64,000 nucleotides of DNA from Auanema rhodensis (Eukaryota; Animalia; Nematoda): assembly GCA_964057225.1 (NCBI GenBank), contig OZ059899.1, positions 2,232,001 through 2,296,000 of the forward strand, given 5' to 3'. Both the position numbers and the translations under genes were made by a program. The stretch's first letter is position 1. The number at the start of each line of letters is the position of its first letter. The notes beneath the pieces are model-generated. The model made no database searches. It was given only the letters and a program-made list of their open reading frames with translations, and had not been told where the DNA came from. Positions 11,201-27,800 of the stretch are shown here, in pieces.

Positions 11201-14200
11201 AACATTGTCTATCGTCTTTGCCTTGAAAAATGGAATCTAAAAACATCTACTTTTTGCTAAATTATTTTGAAATTTTTCGAAAAAATTTTTGTCAAAATGT
11301 TTTTGGAAGCAATGTTGAGTGTACATGGAAACTCAACATACACTAATGCATCATTTTTCAAACAATCATAACTAATTTGTGTATTAAGCGTTTCTTAATG
11401 TAGTATAGTGCATTCGATGCGGATTTTTAAGCTGCGTCGATCTGTGTTATCAGATTTGCGCTAGCTTAAAAATGCACCGAGATATCAACTGATATAAGTT
11501 CACACTTATATCCTCGATTTTCACCCTGAAGAATTAATTTTTTCGTTGAATAACATTATCCATCGTCTTTGCCTTGAAAAATGGAATCTAAAAACATCTA
11601 CTTTTTGCTAAATTATTTTGAAATTTTTCGAAAAAATTTTTGTCAAAATGTTTTTCGAAGCAATGTTGAGTGTACATGGAAACTCAACATACACTAATGC
11701 ATCATTTTTAAAACAATCATAACTAATTTTTGTATCAAGCGTTTCTCAATGTAGTATAGTGCATTCGATGCGGATTTTTAAGCTGCGTCGATCTGTGTTA
11801 TCAGATTTGCGCTAACTTAAAAATGCACCGAGATATCAACTGATATAAGTTCACACTTATATCCTCGATTTTCACCCTGAACAATTAATTTTTTCGTTGA
11901 ATAACATTGTCCATCGTCTTTGCCTTGAAAAATAGAATCTAAAAACATCTACTTTTTGCTAAATTATTTTGAAATTTTTCGAAAAAATTTTTGTCAAAAT
12001 GTTTTTGGAAGCAATGTTGAGTGTACATGGAAACTCAACATACACTAATGCATCATTTTTCAAACGATCATAACTAATTTTTGTATCAAACGTTTCTCAA
12101 TGTAGTATAGTGCATTCGATGCGGATTTTTAAGCTGCGTCGATCTGTGTTATCAGATTTGCGCTAGCTTAAAAATGCACCGAGATATCAACTGATATAAG
12201 TTCACACTTATATCCTCGATTTTCACCCTGAACAATTAATTTTTTCGTTGAATAACATTGTCCATCGTCTTTGCCTTGAAAAAAGGAATCTAAAAACATC
12301 CACTTTTTGCTAAATTATTTTGAAATTTTTGGAAAAAATTTTTGTCAAAATGTTTTTGGAAGCAATGTTGAGTGTACATGGAAACTCAACATACACTAAT
12401 GCATCATTTTTCAAACGATCATAACTAATTTTTGTATTAAGCGTTTCTCAATGTAGTATAGTGCATTCGATGCGGATTTTTAAGCTGCGTCGATCTGTGT
12501 TATCAGATTTGCGCTAGCTTAAAAATGCACCGAGATATCAACTGATATAAGTTCACACTTATATCCTCGATTTTCACCCTGAAGAATTAATTTTTTCGTT
12601 GAATAGCATTGTCCATCGTCTTTGCCTTGAAAAAAGGAATCTAAAAACATCTACTTTTTGCTAAATTATTTTGAAATTTTTCGAAAAAATTTTTGTCAAA
12701 ATGTTTTTGGAAGCAATGTTGAGTGTACATGGAAACTCAACATACACTAATGCATCATTTTTCAAACGATCATAACTAATTTTTGTATTAAGCGTTTCTC
12801 AATGTAGTATAGTGCATTCGATGCGGATTTTTAAGCTGCGTCGATCTGTGTTATCAGATTTGCGCTAGCTTAAAAATGCACCGAGATATCAACTGATATA
12901 AGTTCACACTTATATCCTCGATTTTCACCCTGAAGAATTAATTTTTTCGTTGAATAACATTATCCATCGTCTTTGCCTTGAAAAATGGAATCTAAAAACA
13001 TCTACTTTTTGCTAAATTATTTTGAAATTTTTCGAAAAAATTTTTGTCAAAATGTTTTTCGAAGCAATGTTGAGTGTACATGGAAACTCAACATACACTA
13101 ATGCATCATTTTTCAAACGATCATAACTAATTTTTGTATCAAGCGTTTCTCAATGTAGTATAGTGCATTCGATGCGGATTTTTAAGCTGCGTCGATCTGT
13201 GTTATCAGATTTGCGCTAACTTAAAAATGCACCGAGATATCAACTGATATAAGTTCACACTTATATCCTCGATTTTCACCCTGAACAATTATTTTTTTCG
13301 TTGAATAACATTGTCCATCGTCTTTGCCTTGAAAAATAGAATCTAAAAACATCTACTTTTTGCTAAATTATTTTGAAATTTTTCGAAAAAATTTTTGTCA
13401 AAATGTTTTTGGAAGCAATGTTGAGTGTACATGGAAACTCAACATACACTAATGCATCATTTTTCAAACGATCATAACTAATTTTTGTATCAAACGTTTC
13501 TCAATGTAGTATAGTGCATTCGATGCGGATTTTTAAGCTGCGTCGATCTGTGTTATCAGATTTGCGCTAGCTTAAAAATGCACCGAGATATCAACTGATA
13601 TAAGTTCACACTTATATCCTCGATTTTCACCCTGAACAATTAATTTTTTCGTTGAATAACATTGTCCATCGTCTTTGCCTTGAAAAAAGGAATCTAAAAA
13701 CATCCACTTTTTGCTAAATTATTTTGAAATTTTTGGAAAAAATTTTTGTCAAAATGTTTTTGGAAGCAATGTTGAGTGTACATGGAAACTCAACATACAC
13801 TAATGCATCATTTTTCAAACGATCATAACTAATTTTTGTATTAAGCGTTTCTCAATGTAGTATAGTGCATTCGATGCGGATTTTTAAGCTGCGTCGATCT
13901 GTGTTATCAGATTTGCGCTAACTTAAAAATGCACCGAGATATCAACTGATATAAGTTCACACTTATATCCTCGATTTTCACCCTGAACAATTATTTTTTT
14001 CGTTGAATAACATTGTCCATCGTCTTTGCCTTGAAAAATAGAATCTAAAAACATCTACTTTTTGCTAAATTATTTTGAAATTTTTCGAAAAAATTTTTGT
14101 CAAAATGTTTTTGGAAGCAATGTTGAGTGTACATGGAAACTCAACATACACTAATGCATCATTTTTCAAACGATCATAACTAATTTTTGTATCAAGCGTT

Positions 14201-17200
14201 TCTCGATGTAGTATAGTGCATTCGATGCGGATTTTTAAGCTGCGTCGATCTGTGTTATCAGATTTGCGCTAGCTTAAAAATGCACCGAGATATCAACTGA
14301 TATAAGTTCACACTTATATCCTCGATTTTCACCCTGAAGAATTAATTTTTTCGTTGAATAACATTATCCATCGTCTTTGCCTTGAAAAATGGAATCTAAA
14401 AACATCTACTTTTTGCTAAATTATTTTGAAATTTTTCGAAAAAATTTTTGTCAAAATGTTTTTCGAAGCAATGTTGAGTGTACATGGAAACTCAACATAC
14501 ACTAATGCATCATTTTTCAAACGATCATAACTAATTTTTGTATCAAGCGTTTCTCAATGTAGTATAGTGCATTCGATGCGGATTTTTAAGCTGCGTCGAT
14601 CTGTGTTATCAGATTTGCGCTAACTTAAAAATGCACCGAGATATCAACTGATATAAGTTCACACTTATATCCTCGATTTTCACCCTGAACAATTATTTTT
14701 TTCGTTGAATAACATTGTCCATCGTCTTTGCCTTGAAAAATAGAATCTAAAAACATCTACTTTTTGCTAAATTATTTTGAAATTTTTCGAAAAAATTTTT
14801 GTCAAAATGTTTTTGGAAGCAATGTTGAGTGTACATGGAAACTCAACATACACTAATGCATCATTTTTCAAACGATCATAACTAATTTTTGTATCAAACG
14901 TTTCTCAATGTAGTATAGTGCATTCGATGCGGATTTTTAAGCTGCGTCGATCTGTGTTATCAGATTTGCGCTAGCTTAAAAATGCACCGAGATATCAACT
15001 GATATAAGTTCACACTTATATCCTCGATTTTCACCCTGAACAATTAATTTTTTCGTTGAATAACATTGTCCATCGTCTTTGCCTTGAAAAAAGGAATCTA
15101 AAAACATCCACTTTTTGCTAAATTATTTTGAAATTTTTGGAAAAAATTTTTGTCAAAATGTTTTTGGAAGCAATGTTGAGTGTACATGGAAACTCAACAT
15201 ACACTAATGCATCATTTTTCAAACGATCATAACTAATTTTTGTATTAAGCGTTTCTCAATGTAGTATAGTGCATTCGATGCGGATTTTTAAGCTGCGTCG
15301 ATCTGTGTTATCAGATTTGCGCTAGCTTAAAAATGCACCGAGATATCAACTGATATAAGTTCACACTTATATCCTCGATTTTCACCCTGAAGAATTAATT
15401 TTTTCGTTGAATAGCATTGTCCATCGTCTTTGCCTTGAAAAAAGGAATCTAAAAACATCTACTTTTTGCTAAATTATTTTGAAATTTTTCGAAAAAATTT
15501 TTGTCAAAATGTTTTTGGAAGCAATGTTGAGTGTACATGGAAACTCAACATACACTAATGCATCATTTTTCAAACGATCATAACTAATTTTTGTATCAAA
15601 CGTTTCTCAATGTAGTATAGTGCATTCGATGCGGATTTTTAAGCTGCGTCGATCTGTGTTATCAGATTTGCGCTAGCTTAAAAATGCACCGAGATATCAA
15701 CTGATATAAGTTCACACTTATATCCTCGATTTTCACCCTGAACAATTAATTTTTTCGTTGAATAGCATTGTCCATCGTCTTTGCCTTGAAAAAAGGAATC
15801 TAAAAACATCTACTTTTTGCTAAATTATTTTGAAATTTTTCGAAAAAATTTTTGTCAAAATGTTTTTGGAAGCAATGTTGAGTGCACATGGAAACTCAAC
15901 ATACACTAATGCATCATTTTTCAAACGATCATAACTAATTTTTGTATCAAGCGTTTCTCAATGTAGTATAGTGCATTCGATGCGGATTTTTAAGCTGCGT
16001 CGATCTGTGTTATCAGATTTGCGCTAACTTAAAAATGCACCGAGATATCAACTGATATAAGTTCACACTTATATCCTCGATTTTCACCCTGAAGAATTAA
16101 TTTTTTCGTTGAATAACATTATCCATCGTCTTTGCCTTGAAAAATGGAATCTAAAAACATCTACTTTTTGCTAAATTATTTTGAAATTTTTCGAAAAAAT
16201 TTTTGTCAAAATGTTTTTCGAAGCAATGTTGAGTGTACATGGAAACTCAACATACACTAATGCATCATTTTTCAAACGATCATAACTAATTTTTGTATCA
16301 AACGTTTCTCAATGTAGTATAGTGCATTCGATGCGGATTTTTAAGCTGCGTCGATCTGTGTTATCAGATTTGCGCTAGCTTAAAAATGCACCGAGATATC
16401 AACTGATATAAGTTCACACTTATATCTTCGATTTTCACCCTGAACAATTAATTTTTTCGTTGAATAACATTGTCCATCGTCTTTGCCTTGAAAAAAGGAA
16501 TCTGAAAACATCCACTTTTTGCTAAATTATTTTGAAATTTTTGGAAAAAATTTTTGTCAAAATGTTTTTGGAAGCAATGTTGAGTGTACATGGAAACTCA
16601 ACATACACTAATGCATCATTTTTCAAACGATCATAACTAATTTTTGTATTAAGCGTTTCTCAATGTAGTATAGTGCATTCGATGCGGATTTTTAAGCTGC
16701 GTCGATCTGTGTTATCAGATTTGCGCTAGCTTAAAAATGCACCGAGATATCAACTGATATAAGTTCACACTTATATCCTCGATTTTCACCCTGAAGAATT
16801 AATTTTTTCGTTGAATAGCATTGTCCATCGTCTTTGCCTTGAAAAAAGGAATCTAAAAACATCTACTTTTTGCTAAATTATTTTGAAATTTTTCGAAAAA
16901 ATTTTTGTCAAAATGTTTTTGGAAGCAATGTTGAGTGTACATGGAAACTCAACATACACTAATGCATCATTTTTCAAACGATCATAACTAATTTTTGTAT
17001 CAAACGTTTCTCAATGTAGTATAGTGCATTCGATGCGGATTTTTAAGCTGCGTCGATCTGTGTTATCAGATTTGCGCTAGCTTAAAAATGCACCGAGATA
17101 TCAACTGATATAAGTTCACACTTATATCCACGATTTTCACCCTGAACAATTAATTTTTTCGTTGAATAGCATTGTCCATCGTCTTTGCCTTGAAAAAAGG

Positions 17201-20200
17201 AATCTAAAAACATCTACTTTTTGCTAAATTATTTTGAAATTTTTCGAAAAAATTTTTGTCAAAATGTTTTTGGAAGCAATGTTGAGTGCACATGGAAACT
17301 CAACATACACTAATGCATCATTTTTCAAACGATCATAACTAATTTTTGTATCAAGCGTTTCTCGATGTAGTATAGTGCATTCGATGCGGATTTTTAAGCT
17401 GCGTCGATCTGTGTTATCAGATTTGCGCTAGCTTAAAAATGCACCGAGATATCAACTGATATAAGTTCACACTTATATCTTCGATTTTCACCCTGAAGAA
17501 TTGATTTTTTCGTTGAATAGCATTGTCCATCGTCTTTGCCTTAAAAAAAGGAATCTAAAAACATCTACTTTTTGCTAAATTATTTTGAAATTTTTCGAAA
17601 AAATTTTTGTCAAAATGTTTTTGGAAGCAATGTTGAGTGCACATGGAAACTCAACATACACTAATGCATCATTTTTCAAACGATCATAACTAATTTTTGT
17701 ATCAAGCGTTTCTCGATGTAGTATAGTGCATTCGATGCGGATTTTTAAGCTGCGTCGATCTGTGTTATCAGATTTGCGCTAGCTTAAAAATGCACCGAGA
17801 TATCAACTGATATAAGTTCACACTTATATCTTCGATTTTCACCCTGAAGAATTGATTTTTTCGTTGAATAGCATTGTCCATCGTCTTTGCCTTAAAAAAA
17901 GGAATCTAAAAACATCTACTTTTTGCTAAATTATTTTGAAATTTTTCGAAAAAATTTTTGTCAAAATGTTTTTGGAAGCAATGTTGAGTGCACATGGAAA
18001 CTCAACATACACTAATGCATCATTTTTCAAACGATCATAACTAATTTTTGTATCAAGCGTTTCTCGATGTAGTATAGTGCATTCGATGCGGATTTTTAAG
18101 CTGCGTCGATCTGTGTTATCAGATTTGCGCTAGCTTAAAAATGCACCGAGATATCAACTGATATAAGTTCACACTTATATCCTCGATTTTCACCCTGAAG
18201 AATTAATTTTTTCGTTGAAAAACATTGTCTATCGTCTTTGCCTTGAAAAATGGAATCTAAAAACATTTACTTTTTGCTAAATTATTTTGAAATTTTTCGA
18301 AAAAATTTTTGTCAAAATGTTTTTGGAAGCAATGTTGAGTGCACATGGAAACTCAACATACACTAATGCATCATTTTTCAAACGATCATAACTAATTTTT
18401 GTATCAAGCGTTTCTCGATGTAGTATAGTGCATTCGATGCGGATTTTTAAGCTGCGTCGATCTGTGTTATCAGATTTGCGCTAGCTTAAAAATGCACCGA
18501 GATATCAACTGATATAAGTTCACACTTATATCTTCGATTTTCACCCTGAAGAATTGATTTTTTCGTTGAATAGCATTGTCCATCGTCTTTGCCTTAAAAA
18601 AAGGAATCTAAAAACATCTACTTTTTGCTAAATTATTTTGAAATTTTTCGAAAAAATTTTTGTCAAAATGTTTTTGGAAGCAATGTTGAGTGCACATGGA
18701 AACTCAACATACACTAATGCATCATTTTTCAAACGATCATAACTAATTTTTGTATCAAGCGTTTCTCGATGTAGTATAGTGCATTCGATGCGGATTTTTA
18801 AGCTGCGTCGATCTGTGTTATCAGATTTGCGCTGGCTTAAAAATGCACCGAGATATCAACTGATATAAGTTCACACTTATATCCTCGATTTTCACCCTGA
18901 AGAATTAATTTTTTCGTTGAAAAACATTGTCTATCGTCTTTGCCTTGAAAAATGGAATCTAAAAACATTTACTTTTTGCTAAATTATTTTGAAATTTTTC
19001 GAAAAAATTTTTGTCAAAATGTTTTTGGAAGCAATGTTGAGTGTACATGGAAACTCAACATACACTAATGCATCATTTTTCAAACAATCATAACTAATTT
19101 TTGTATTAAGCGTTTCTCGATGTAGTATAGTGCATTCGATGCGGATTTTTAAGCTGCGTCGATCTGTGTTATCAGATTTGCGCTAGCTTAAAAATGCACC
19201 GAGATATCAACTGATATAAGTTCACACTTATATCCTCGATTTTCACCCTGAACAATTAATTTTTTCGTTGAATAACATTGTCTATCGTCTTTGCCTTGAA
19301 AAATGGAATCTAAAAACATCTACTTTTTGCTAAATTATTTTGAAATTTTTCGAAAAAATTTTTGTCAAAATGTTTTTGGAAGCAATGTTGAGTGTACATG
19401 GAAACTCAACATACACTAATGCATCATTTTTCAAACAATCATAACTAATTTGTGTATTAAGCGTTTCTTAATGTAGTATAGTGCATTCGATGCGGATTTT
19501 TAAGCTGCGTCGATCTGTGTTATCAGATTTGCGCTAGCTTAAAAATGCACCGAGATATCAACTGATATAAGTTCACACTTATATCCTCGATTTTCACCCT
19601 GAACAATTAATTTTTTCGTTGAATAACATTGTCTATCGTCTTTGCCTTGAAAAATGGAATCTAAAAACATCTACTTTTTGCTAAATTATTTTGAAATTTT
19701 TCGAAAAAATTTTTGTCAAAATGTTTTTGGAAGCAATGTTGAGTGTACATGGAAACTCAACATACACTAATGCATCATTTTTCAAACAATCATAACTAAT
19801 TTGTGTATTAAGCGTTTCTTAATGTAGTATAGTGCATTCGATGCGGATTTTTAAGCTGCGTCGATCTGTGTTATCAGATTTGCGCTAGCTTAAAAATGCA
19901 CCGAGATATCAACTGATATAAGTTCACACTTATATCCTCGATTTTCACCCTGAAGAATTAATTTTTTCGTTGAATAACATTATCCATCGTCTTTGCCTTG
20001 AAAAATGGAATCTAAAAACATCTACTTTTTGCTAAATTATTTTGAAATTTTTCGAAAAAATTTTTGTCAAAATGTTTTTGGAAGCAATGTTGAGTGTACA
20101 TGGAAACTCAACATACACTAATGCATCATTTTTCAAACGATCATAACTAATTTTTGTATCAAGCGTTTCTCAATGTAGTATAGTGCATTCGATGCGGATT

Positions 20201-20999
20201 TTTAAGCTGCGTCGATCTGTGTTATCAGATTTGCGCTAACTTAAAAATGCACCGAGATATCAACTGATATAAGTTCACACTTATATCCTCGATTTTCACC
20301 CTGAAGAATTAATTTTTTCGTTGAATAACATTATCCATCGTCTTTGCCTTGAAAAATGGAATCTAAAAACATCTACTTTTTGCTAAATTATTTTGAAATT
20401 TTTCGAAAAAATTTTTGTCAAAATGTTTTTCGAAGCAATGTTGAGTGTACATGGAAACTCAACATACACTAATGCATCATTTTTAAAACGATCATAACTA
20501 ATTTTTGTATCAAGCGTTTCTCAATGTAGTATAGTGCATTCGATGCGGATTTTTAAGCTGCGTCGATCTGTGTTATCAGATTTGCGCTAACTTAAAAATG
20601 CACCGAGATATCAACTGATATAAGTTCACACTTATATCCTCGATTTTCACCCTGAACAATTAATTTTTTCGTTGAATAACATTGTCCATCGTCTTTGCCT
20701 TGAAAAATAGAATCTAAAAACATCTACTTTTTGCTAAATTATTTTGAAATTTTTCGAAAAAATTTTTGTCAAAATGTTTTTGGAAGCAATGTTGAGTGTA
20801 CATGGAAACTCAACATACACTAATGCATCATTTTTCAAACGATCATAACTAATTTTTGTATCAAACGTTTCTCAATGTAGTATAGTGCATTCGATGCGGA
20901 TTTTTAAGCTGCGTCGATCTGTGTTATCAGATTTGCGCTAGCTTAAAAATGCACCGAGATATCAACTGATATAAGTTCACACTTATATCCTCGATTTTC

Positions 21000-23900
21000 A
21001 CCCTGAAGAATTAATTTTTTCGTTGAATAACATTGTCTATCGTCTTTGCCTTGAAAAATGGAATCTAAAAACATCTACTTTTTGCTAAATTATTTTGAAA
21101 TTTTTCGAAAAAATTTTTGTCAAAATGTTTTTGGAAGCAATGTTGAGTGTACATGGAAACTCAACATACACTAATGCATCATTTTTCAAACGATCATAAC
21201 TAATTTTTGTATCAAGCGTTTCTCAATGTAGTATAGTGCATTCGATGCGGATTTTTAAGCTGCGTCGATCTGTGTTATCAGATTTGCGCTAACTTAAAAA
21301 TGCACCGAGATATCAACTGATATAAGTTCACACTTATATCCTCGATTTTCACCCTGAAGAATTAATTTTTTCGTTGAATAACATTATCCATCGTCTTTGC
21401 CTTGAAAAATGGAATCTAAAAACATCTACTTTTTGCTAAATTATTTTGAAATTTTTCGAAAAAATTTTTGTCAAAATGTTTTTCGAAGCAATGTTGAGTG
21501 TACATGGAAACTCAACATACACTAATGCATCATTTTTAAAACGATCATAACTAATTTTTGTATCAAGCGTTTCTCAATGTAGTATAGTGCATTCGATGCG
21601 GATTTTTAAGCTGCGTCGATCTGTGTTATCAGATTTGCGCTAACTTAAAAATGCACCGAGATATCAACTGATATAAGTTCACACTTATATCCTCGATTTT
21701 CACCCTGAACAATTAATTTTTTCGTTGAATAACATTGTCCATCGTCTTTGCCTTGAAAAATAGAATCTAAAAACATCTACTTTTTGCTAAATTATTTTGA
21801 AATTTTTCGAAAAAATTTTTGTCAAAATGTTTTTGGAAGCAATGTTGAGTGTACATGGAAACTCAACATACACTAATGCATCATTTTTCAAACGATCATA
21901 ACTAATTTTTGTATCAAACGTTTCTCAATGTAGTATAGTGCATTCGATGCGGATTTTTAAGCTGCGTCGATCTGTGTTATCAGATTTGCGCTAGCTTAAA
22001 AATGCACCGAGATATCAACTGATATAAGTTCACACTTATATCCTCGATTTTCACCCTGAACAATTAATTTTTTCGTTGAATAACATTGTCCATCGTCTTT
22101 GCCTTGAAAAAAGGAATCTAAAAACATCCACTTTTTGCTAAATTATTTTGAAATTTTTGGAAAAAATTTTTGTCAAAATGTTTTTGGAAGCAATGTTGAG
22201 TGTACATGGAAACTCAACATACACTAATGCATCATTTTTCAAACGATCATAACTAATTTTTGTATTAAGCGTTTCTCAATGTAGTATAGTGCATTCGATG
22301 CGGATTTTTAAGCTGCGTCGATCTGTGTTATCAGATTTGCGCTAGCTTAAAAATGCACCGAGGTATCAACTGATATAAGTTCACACTTATATCCTCGATT
22401 TTCACCCTGAAGAATTAATTTTTTCGTTGAATAGCATTGTCCATCGTCTTTGCCTTGAAAAAAGGAATCTAAAAACATCTACTTTTTGCTAAATTATTTT
22501 GAAATTTTTCGAAAAAATTTTTGTCAAAATGTTTTTGGAAGCAATGTTGAGTGTACATGGAAACTCAACATACACTAATGCATCATTTTTCAAACGATCA
22601 TAACTAATTTTTGTATCAAGCGTTTCTCGATGTAGTATAGTGCATTCGATGCGGATTTTTAAGCTGCGTCGATCTGTGTTATCAGATTTGCGCTAGCTTA
22701 AAAATGCACCGAGATATCAACTGATATAAGTTCACACTTATATCCTCGATTTTCACCCTGAAGAATTAATTTTTTCGTTGAATAACATTATCCATCGTCT
22801 TTGCCTTGAAAAATGGAATCTAAAAACATCTACTTTTTGCTAAATTATTTTGAAATTTTTCGAAAAAATTTTTGTCAAAATGTTTTTGGAAGCAATGTTG
22901 AGTGTACATGGAAACTCAACATACACTAATGCATCATTTTTCAAACGATCATAACTAATTTTTGTATCAAGCGTTTTTCAATGTAGTATAGTGCATTCGA
23001 TGCGGATTTTTAAGCTGCGTCGATCTGTGTTATCAGATTTGCGCTAACTTAAAAATGCACCGAGATATCAACTGATATAAGTTCACACTTATATCCTCGA
23101 TTTTCACCCTGAAGAATTAATTTTTTCGTTGAATAACATTATCCATCGTCTTTGCCTTGAAAAATGGAATCTAAAAACATCTACTTTTTGCTAAATTATT
23201 TTGAAATTTTTCGAAAAAATTTTTGTCAAAATGTTTTTGGAAGCAATGTTGAGTGTACATGGAAACTCAACATACACTAATGCATCATTTTTCAAACGAT
23301 CATAACTAATTTTTGTATCAAACGTTTCTCAATGTAGTATAGTGCATTCGATGCGGATTTTTAAGCTGCGTCGATCTGTGTTATCAGATTTGCGCTAGCT
23401 TAAAAATGCACCGAGATATCAACTGATATAAGTTCACACTTATATCCTCGATTTTCACCCTGAAGAATTAATTTTTTCGTTGAATAGCATTGTCCATCGT
23501 CTTTGCCTTGAAAAAAGGAATCTAAAAACATCTACTTTTTGCTAAATTATTTTGAAATTTTTCGAAAAAATTTTTGTCAAAATGTTTTTGGAAGCAATGT
23601 TGAGTGTACATGGAAACTCAACATACACTAATGCATCATTTTTCAAACGATCATAACAAATTTTTGTATCAAGCGTTTCTCGATGTAGTATAGTGCATTC
23701 GATGCGGATTTTTAAGCTGCGTCGATCTGTGTTATCAGATTTGCGCTAGCTTAAAAATGCACCGAGATATCAACTGATATAAGTTCACACTTATATCCTC
23801 GATTTTCACCCTGAAGAATTAATTTTTTCGTTGAATAACAATGTCCATCGTCTTTGCCTTGAAAAATGAAATCTAAAAACATCTACTTTTTGCTAAATTA

Positions 23901-24850
23901 TTTTGAAATTTTTCGAAAAAATTTTTGTCAAAATGTTTTTGGAAGCAATGTTGAGTGTACATGGAAACTCAACATACACTAATGCATCATTTTTCAAACA
24001 ATCATAACTATTTTGTGTATTAAGCGTTTCTTAATGTAGTATAGTGCATTCGATGCGGATTTTTAAGCTGCGTCGATCTGTGTTATCAGATTTGCGCTAG
24101 CTTAAAAATGCACCGAGATATCAACTGATATAAGCTCACACTTATATCCTCGATTTTCACCCTAAACAATTAATTTTTTCGTTGAATAACATTGTCTATC
24201 GTCTTTGCCTTGAAAAATGAAATCTAAAAACATCTACTTTTTGCTAAATTATTTTGAAATTTTTCGAAAAAATTTTTGTCAAAATGTTTTTGGAAGCAAT
24301 GTTGAGTGTACATGGAAACTCAACATACACTAATGCATCATTTTTCAAACAATCATAACTATTTTGTGTATTAAGCGTTTCTTAATGTAGTATAGTGCAT
24401 TCGATGCGGATTTTTAAGCTGCGTCGATCTGTGTTATCAGATTTGCGCTAGCTTAAAAATGCACCGAGATATCAACTGATATAAGTTCACACTTATATCC
24501 TCGATTTTCACCCTGAAGAATTAATTTTTTCGTTGAATAACATTATCCATCGTCTTTGCCTTGAAAAATGGAATCTAAAAACATCTACTTTTTGCTAAAT
24601 TATTTTGAAATTTTTCGAAAAAATTTTTGTCAAAATGTTTTTGGAAGCAATGTTGAGTGTACATGGAAACTCAACATACACTAATGCATCATTTTTCAAA
24701 CGATCATAACTAATTTTTGTATCAAACGTTTCTCAATGTAGTATAGTGCATTCGATGCGGATTTTTAAGCTGCGTCGATCTGTGTTATCAGATTTGCGCT
24801 AGCTTAAAAATGCACCGAGATATCAACTGATATAAGTTCACACTTATATC
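21000..24850 (+). repeat. Block of about 11 monomers repeated at about 40000-43860 (offset 19009 bp) and in part at about 55600-58200
   Basis: TTTCGAAG 21484/40493; CATAACAAAT 23658/42667/57760; CAATGTCC 23841/42850/57943; CCCTAAAC 24164/43173. Confidence 0.8.
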
Positions 24851-27800
24851 CTCGATTTTCACCCTGAAGAATTAATTTTTTCGTTGAATAACATTGTCTA
24901 TCGTCTTTGCCTTGAAAAATGGAATCTAAAAACATCTACTTTTTGCTAAATTATTTTGAAATTTTTCGAAAAAATTTTTGTCAAAATGTTTTTGGAAGCA
25001 ATGTTGAGTGTACATGGAAACTCAACATACACTAATGCATCATTTTTCAAACGATCATAACTAATTTTTGTATTAAGCTTTTCTCAATGTAGTATAGTGC
25101 ATTCGATGCGGATTTTTAAGCTGCGTCGATCTGTGTTATCAGATTTGCGCTAGCTTAAAAGTGCACCGAGATATCAACTGATATAAGTTCACACTTATAT
25201 CCTCGATTTTCACCCTGAAGAATTGATTTTTTCGTTGAATAACATTGTCTATCGTCTTTGCCTTGAAAAATGGAATCTAAAAACATCTACTTTTTGCTAA
25301 ATTATTTTGAAATTTTTCGAAAAAATTTTTGTCAAAATGTTTTTGGAAGCAATGTTGAGTGTACATGGAAACTCAACATACACTAATGCATCATTTTTCA
25401 AACGATCATAACTAATTTTTGTATCAAGCGTTTCTCAATGTAGTATAGTGCATTCGATGCGGATTTTTAAGCTGCGTCGATCTGTGTTATCAGATTTGCG
25501 CTAGCTTAAAAATGCACCGAGATATCAACTGATATAAGTTCACACTTATATCCTCGATTTTCACCCTGAAGAATTAATTTTTTCGTTGAATAACATTGTC
25601 TATCGTCTTTGCCTTGAAAAATGGAATCTAAAAACATCTACTTTTTGCTAAATTATTTTGAAATTTTTCAAAAACTTTTTGTCAAAATGTTTTTGGAAGC
25701 AATGTTGAGTGTACATGGAAACTCAACATACACTAATGCATCATTTTTCAAACGATCATAACTAATTTTTGTATTAAGCTTTTCTCAATGTAGTATAGTG
25801 CATTCGATGCGGATTTTTAAGCTGCGTCGATCTGTGTTATCAGATTTGCGCTAGCTTAAAAGTGCACCGAGATATCAACTGATATAAGTTCACACTTATA
25901 TCCTCGATTTTCACCCTGAACAATTAATTTTTTCGTTGAATAACATTGTCTATCGTCTTTGCCTTGAAAAATGAAATCTAAAAACATCTACTTTTCGCTA
26001 AATTATTTTGAAATTTTTCGAAACAATTTTTGTCAAAATGTTTTTGGAAGCAATGTTGAGTGTACATGGAAACTCAACATACACTAATGCATCATTTTTC
26101 AAACAATCATAACTATTTTGTGTATTAAGCGTTTCTTAATGTAGTATAGTGCATTCGATGCGGATTTTTAAGCTGCGTCGATCTGTGTTATCAGATTTGC
26201 GCTAGCTTAAAAATGCACCGAGATATCAACTGATATAAGTTCACACTTATATCCTCGATTTTCACCCTGAAGAATTAATTTTTTCGTTGAATAACATTAT
26301 CCATCGTCTTTGCCTTGAAAAATGGAATCTAAAAACATCTACTTTTTGCTAAATTATTTTGAAATTTTTTGAAAAAATTTTTGTCAAAATGTTTTTGGAA
26401 GCAATGTTGAGTGTACATGGAAACTCAACATACACTAATGCATCATTTTTCAAACGATCATAACTAATTTTTGTATCAAGCGTTTCTCAATGTAGTATAG
26501 TGCATTCGATGCGGATTTTTAAGCTGCGTCGATCTGTGTTATCAGATTTGCGCTAACTTAAAAATGCACCGAGATATCAACTGATATAAGTTCACACTTA
26601 TATCCTCGATTTTCACCCTGAACAATTAATTTTTTCGTTGAATAACATTGTCCATCGTCTTTGCCTTGAAAAATGGAATCTAAAAACATCTACTTTTTGC
26701 TAAATTATTTTGAAATTTTTCGAAAAAATTTTTGTCAAAATGTTTTTGGAAGCAATGTTGAGTGTACATGGAAACTCAACATACACTAATGCATCATTTT
26801 TCAAACGATCATAACTAATTTTTGTATCAAGCGTTTCTCGATGTAGTATAGTGCATTCGATGCGGATTTTTAAGCTGCGTCGATCTGTGTTATCAGATTT
26901 GCGCTAGCTTAAAAATGCACCGAGATATCAACTGATATAAGTTCACACTTATATCCTCGATTTTCACCCTGAAGAATTAATTTTTTCGTTGAATAACATT
27001 ATCCATCGTCTTTGCCTTGAAAAATGGAATCTAAAAACATCTACTTTTTGCTAAATTATTTTGAAATTTTTTGAAAAAATTTTTGTCAAAATGTTTTTGG
27101 AAGCAATGTTGAGTGTACATGGAAACTCAACATACACTAATGCATCATTTTTCAAACGATCATAACTAATTTTTGTATCAAGCGTTTCTCAATGTAGTAT
27201 AGTGCATTCGATGCGGATTTTTAAGCTGCGTCGATCTGTGTTATCAGATTTGCGCTAACTTAAAAATGCACCGAGATATCAACTGATATAAGTTCACACT
27301 TATATCCTCGATTTTCACCCTGAACAATTAATTTTTTCGTTGAATAACATTGTCCATCGTCTTTGCCTTGAAAAATGGAATCTAAAAACATCTACTTTTT
27401 GCTAAATTATTTTGAAATTTTTCGAAAAAATTTTTGTCGAAATGTTTTTGGAAGCAATGTTGAGTGTACATGGAAACTCAACATACACTAATGCATCATT
27501 TTTCAAACGATCATAACTAATTTTTGTATCAAGCGTTTCTCGATGTAGTATAGTGCATTCGATGCGGATTTTTAAGCTGCGTCGATCTGTGTTATCAGAT
27601 TTGCGCTAGCTTAAAAATGCACCGAGATATCAAGTGATATAAGTTCACACTTATATCCTCGATTTTCACCCTGAAGAATTAATTTTTTCGTTGAATAACA
27701 TTGTCTATCGTCTTTGCCTTGAAAAATGGAATCTAAAAACATCTACTTTTTGCTAAATTATTTTGAAATTTTTCGAAAAAATTTTTGTCAAAATGTTTTT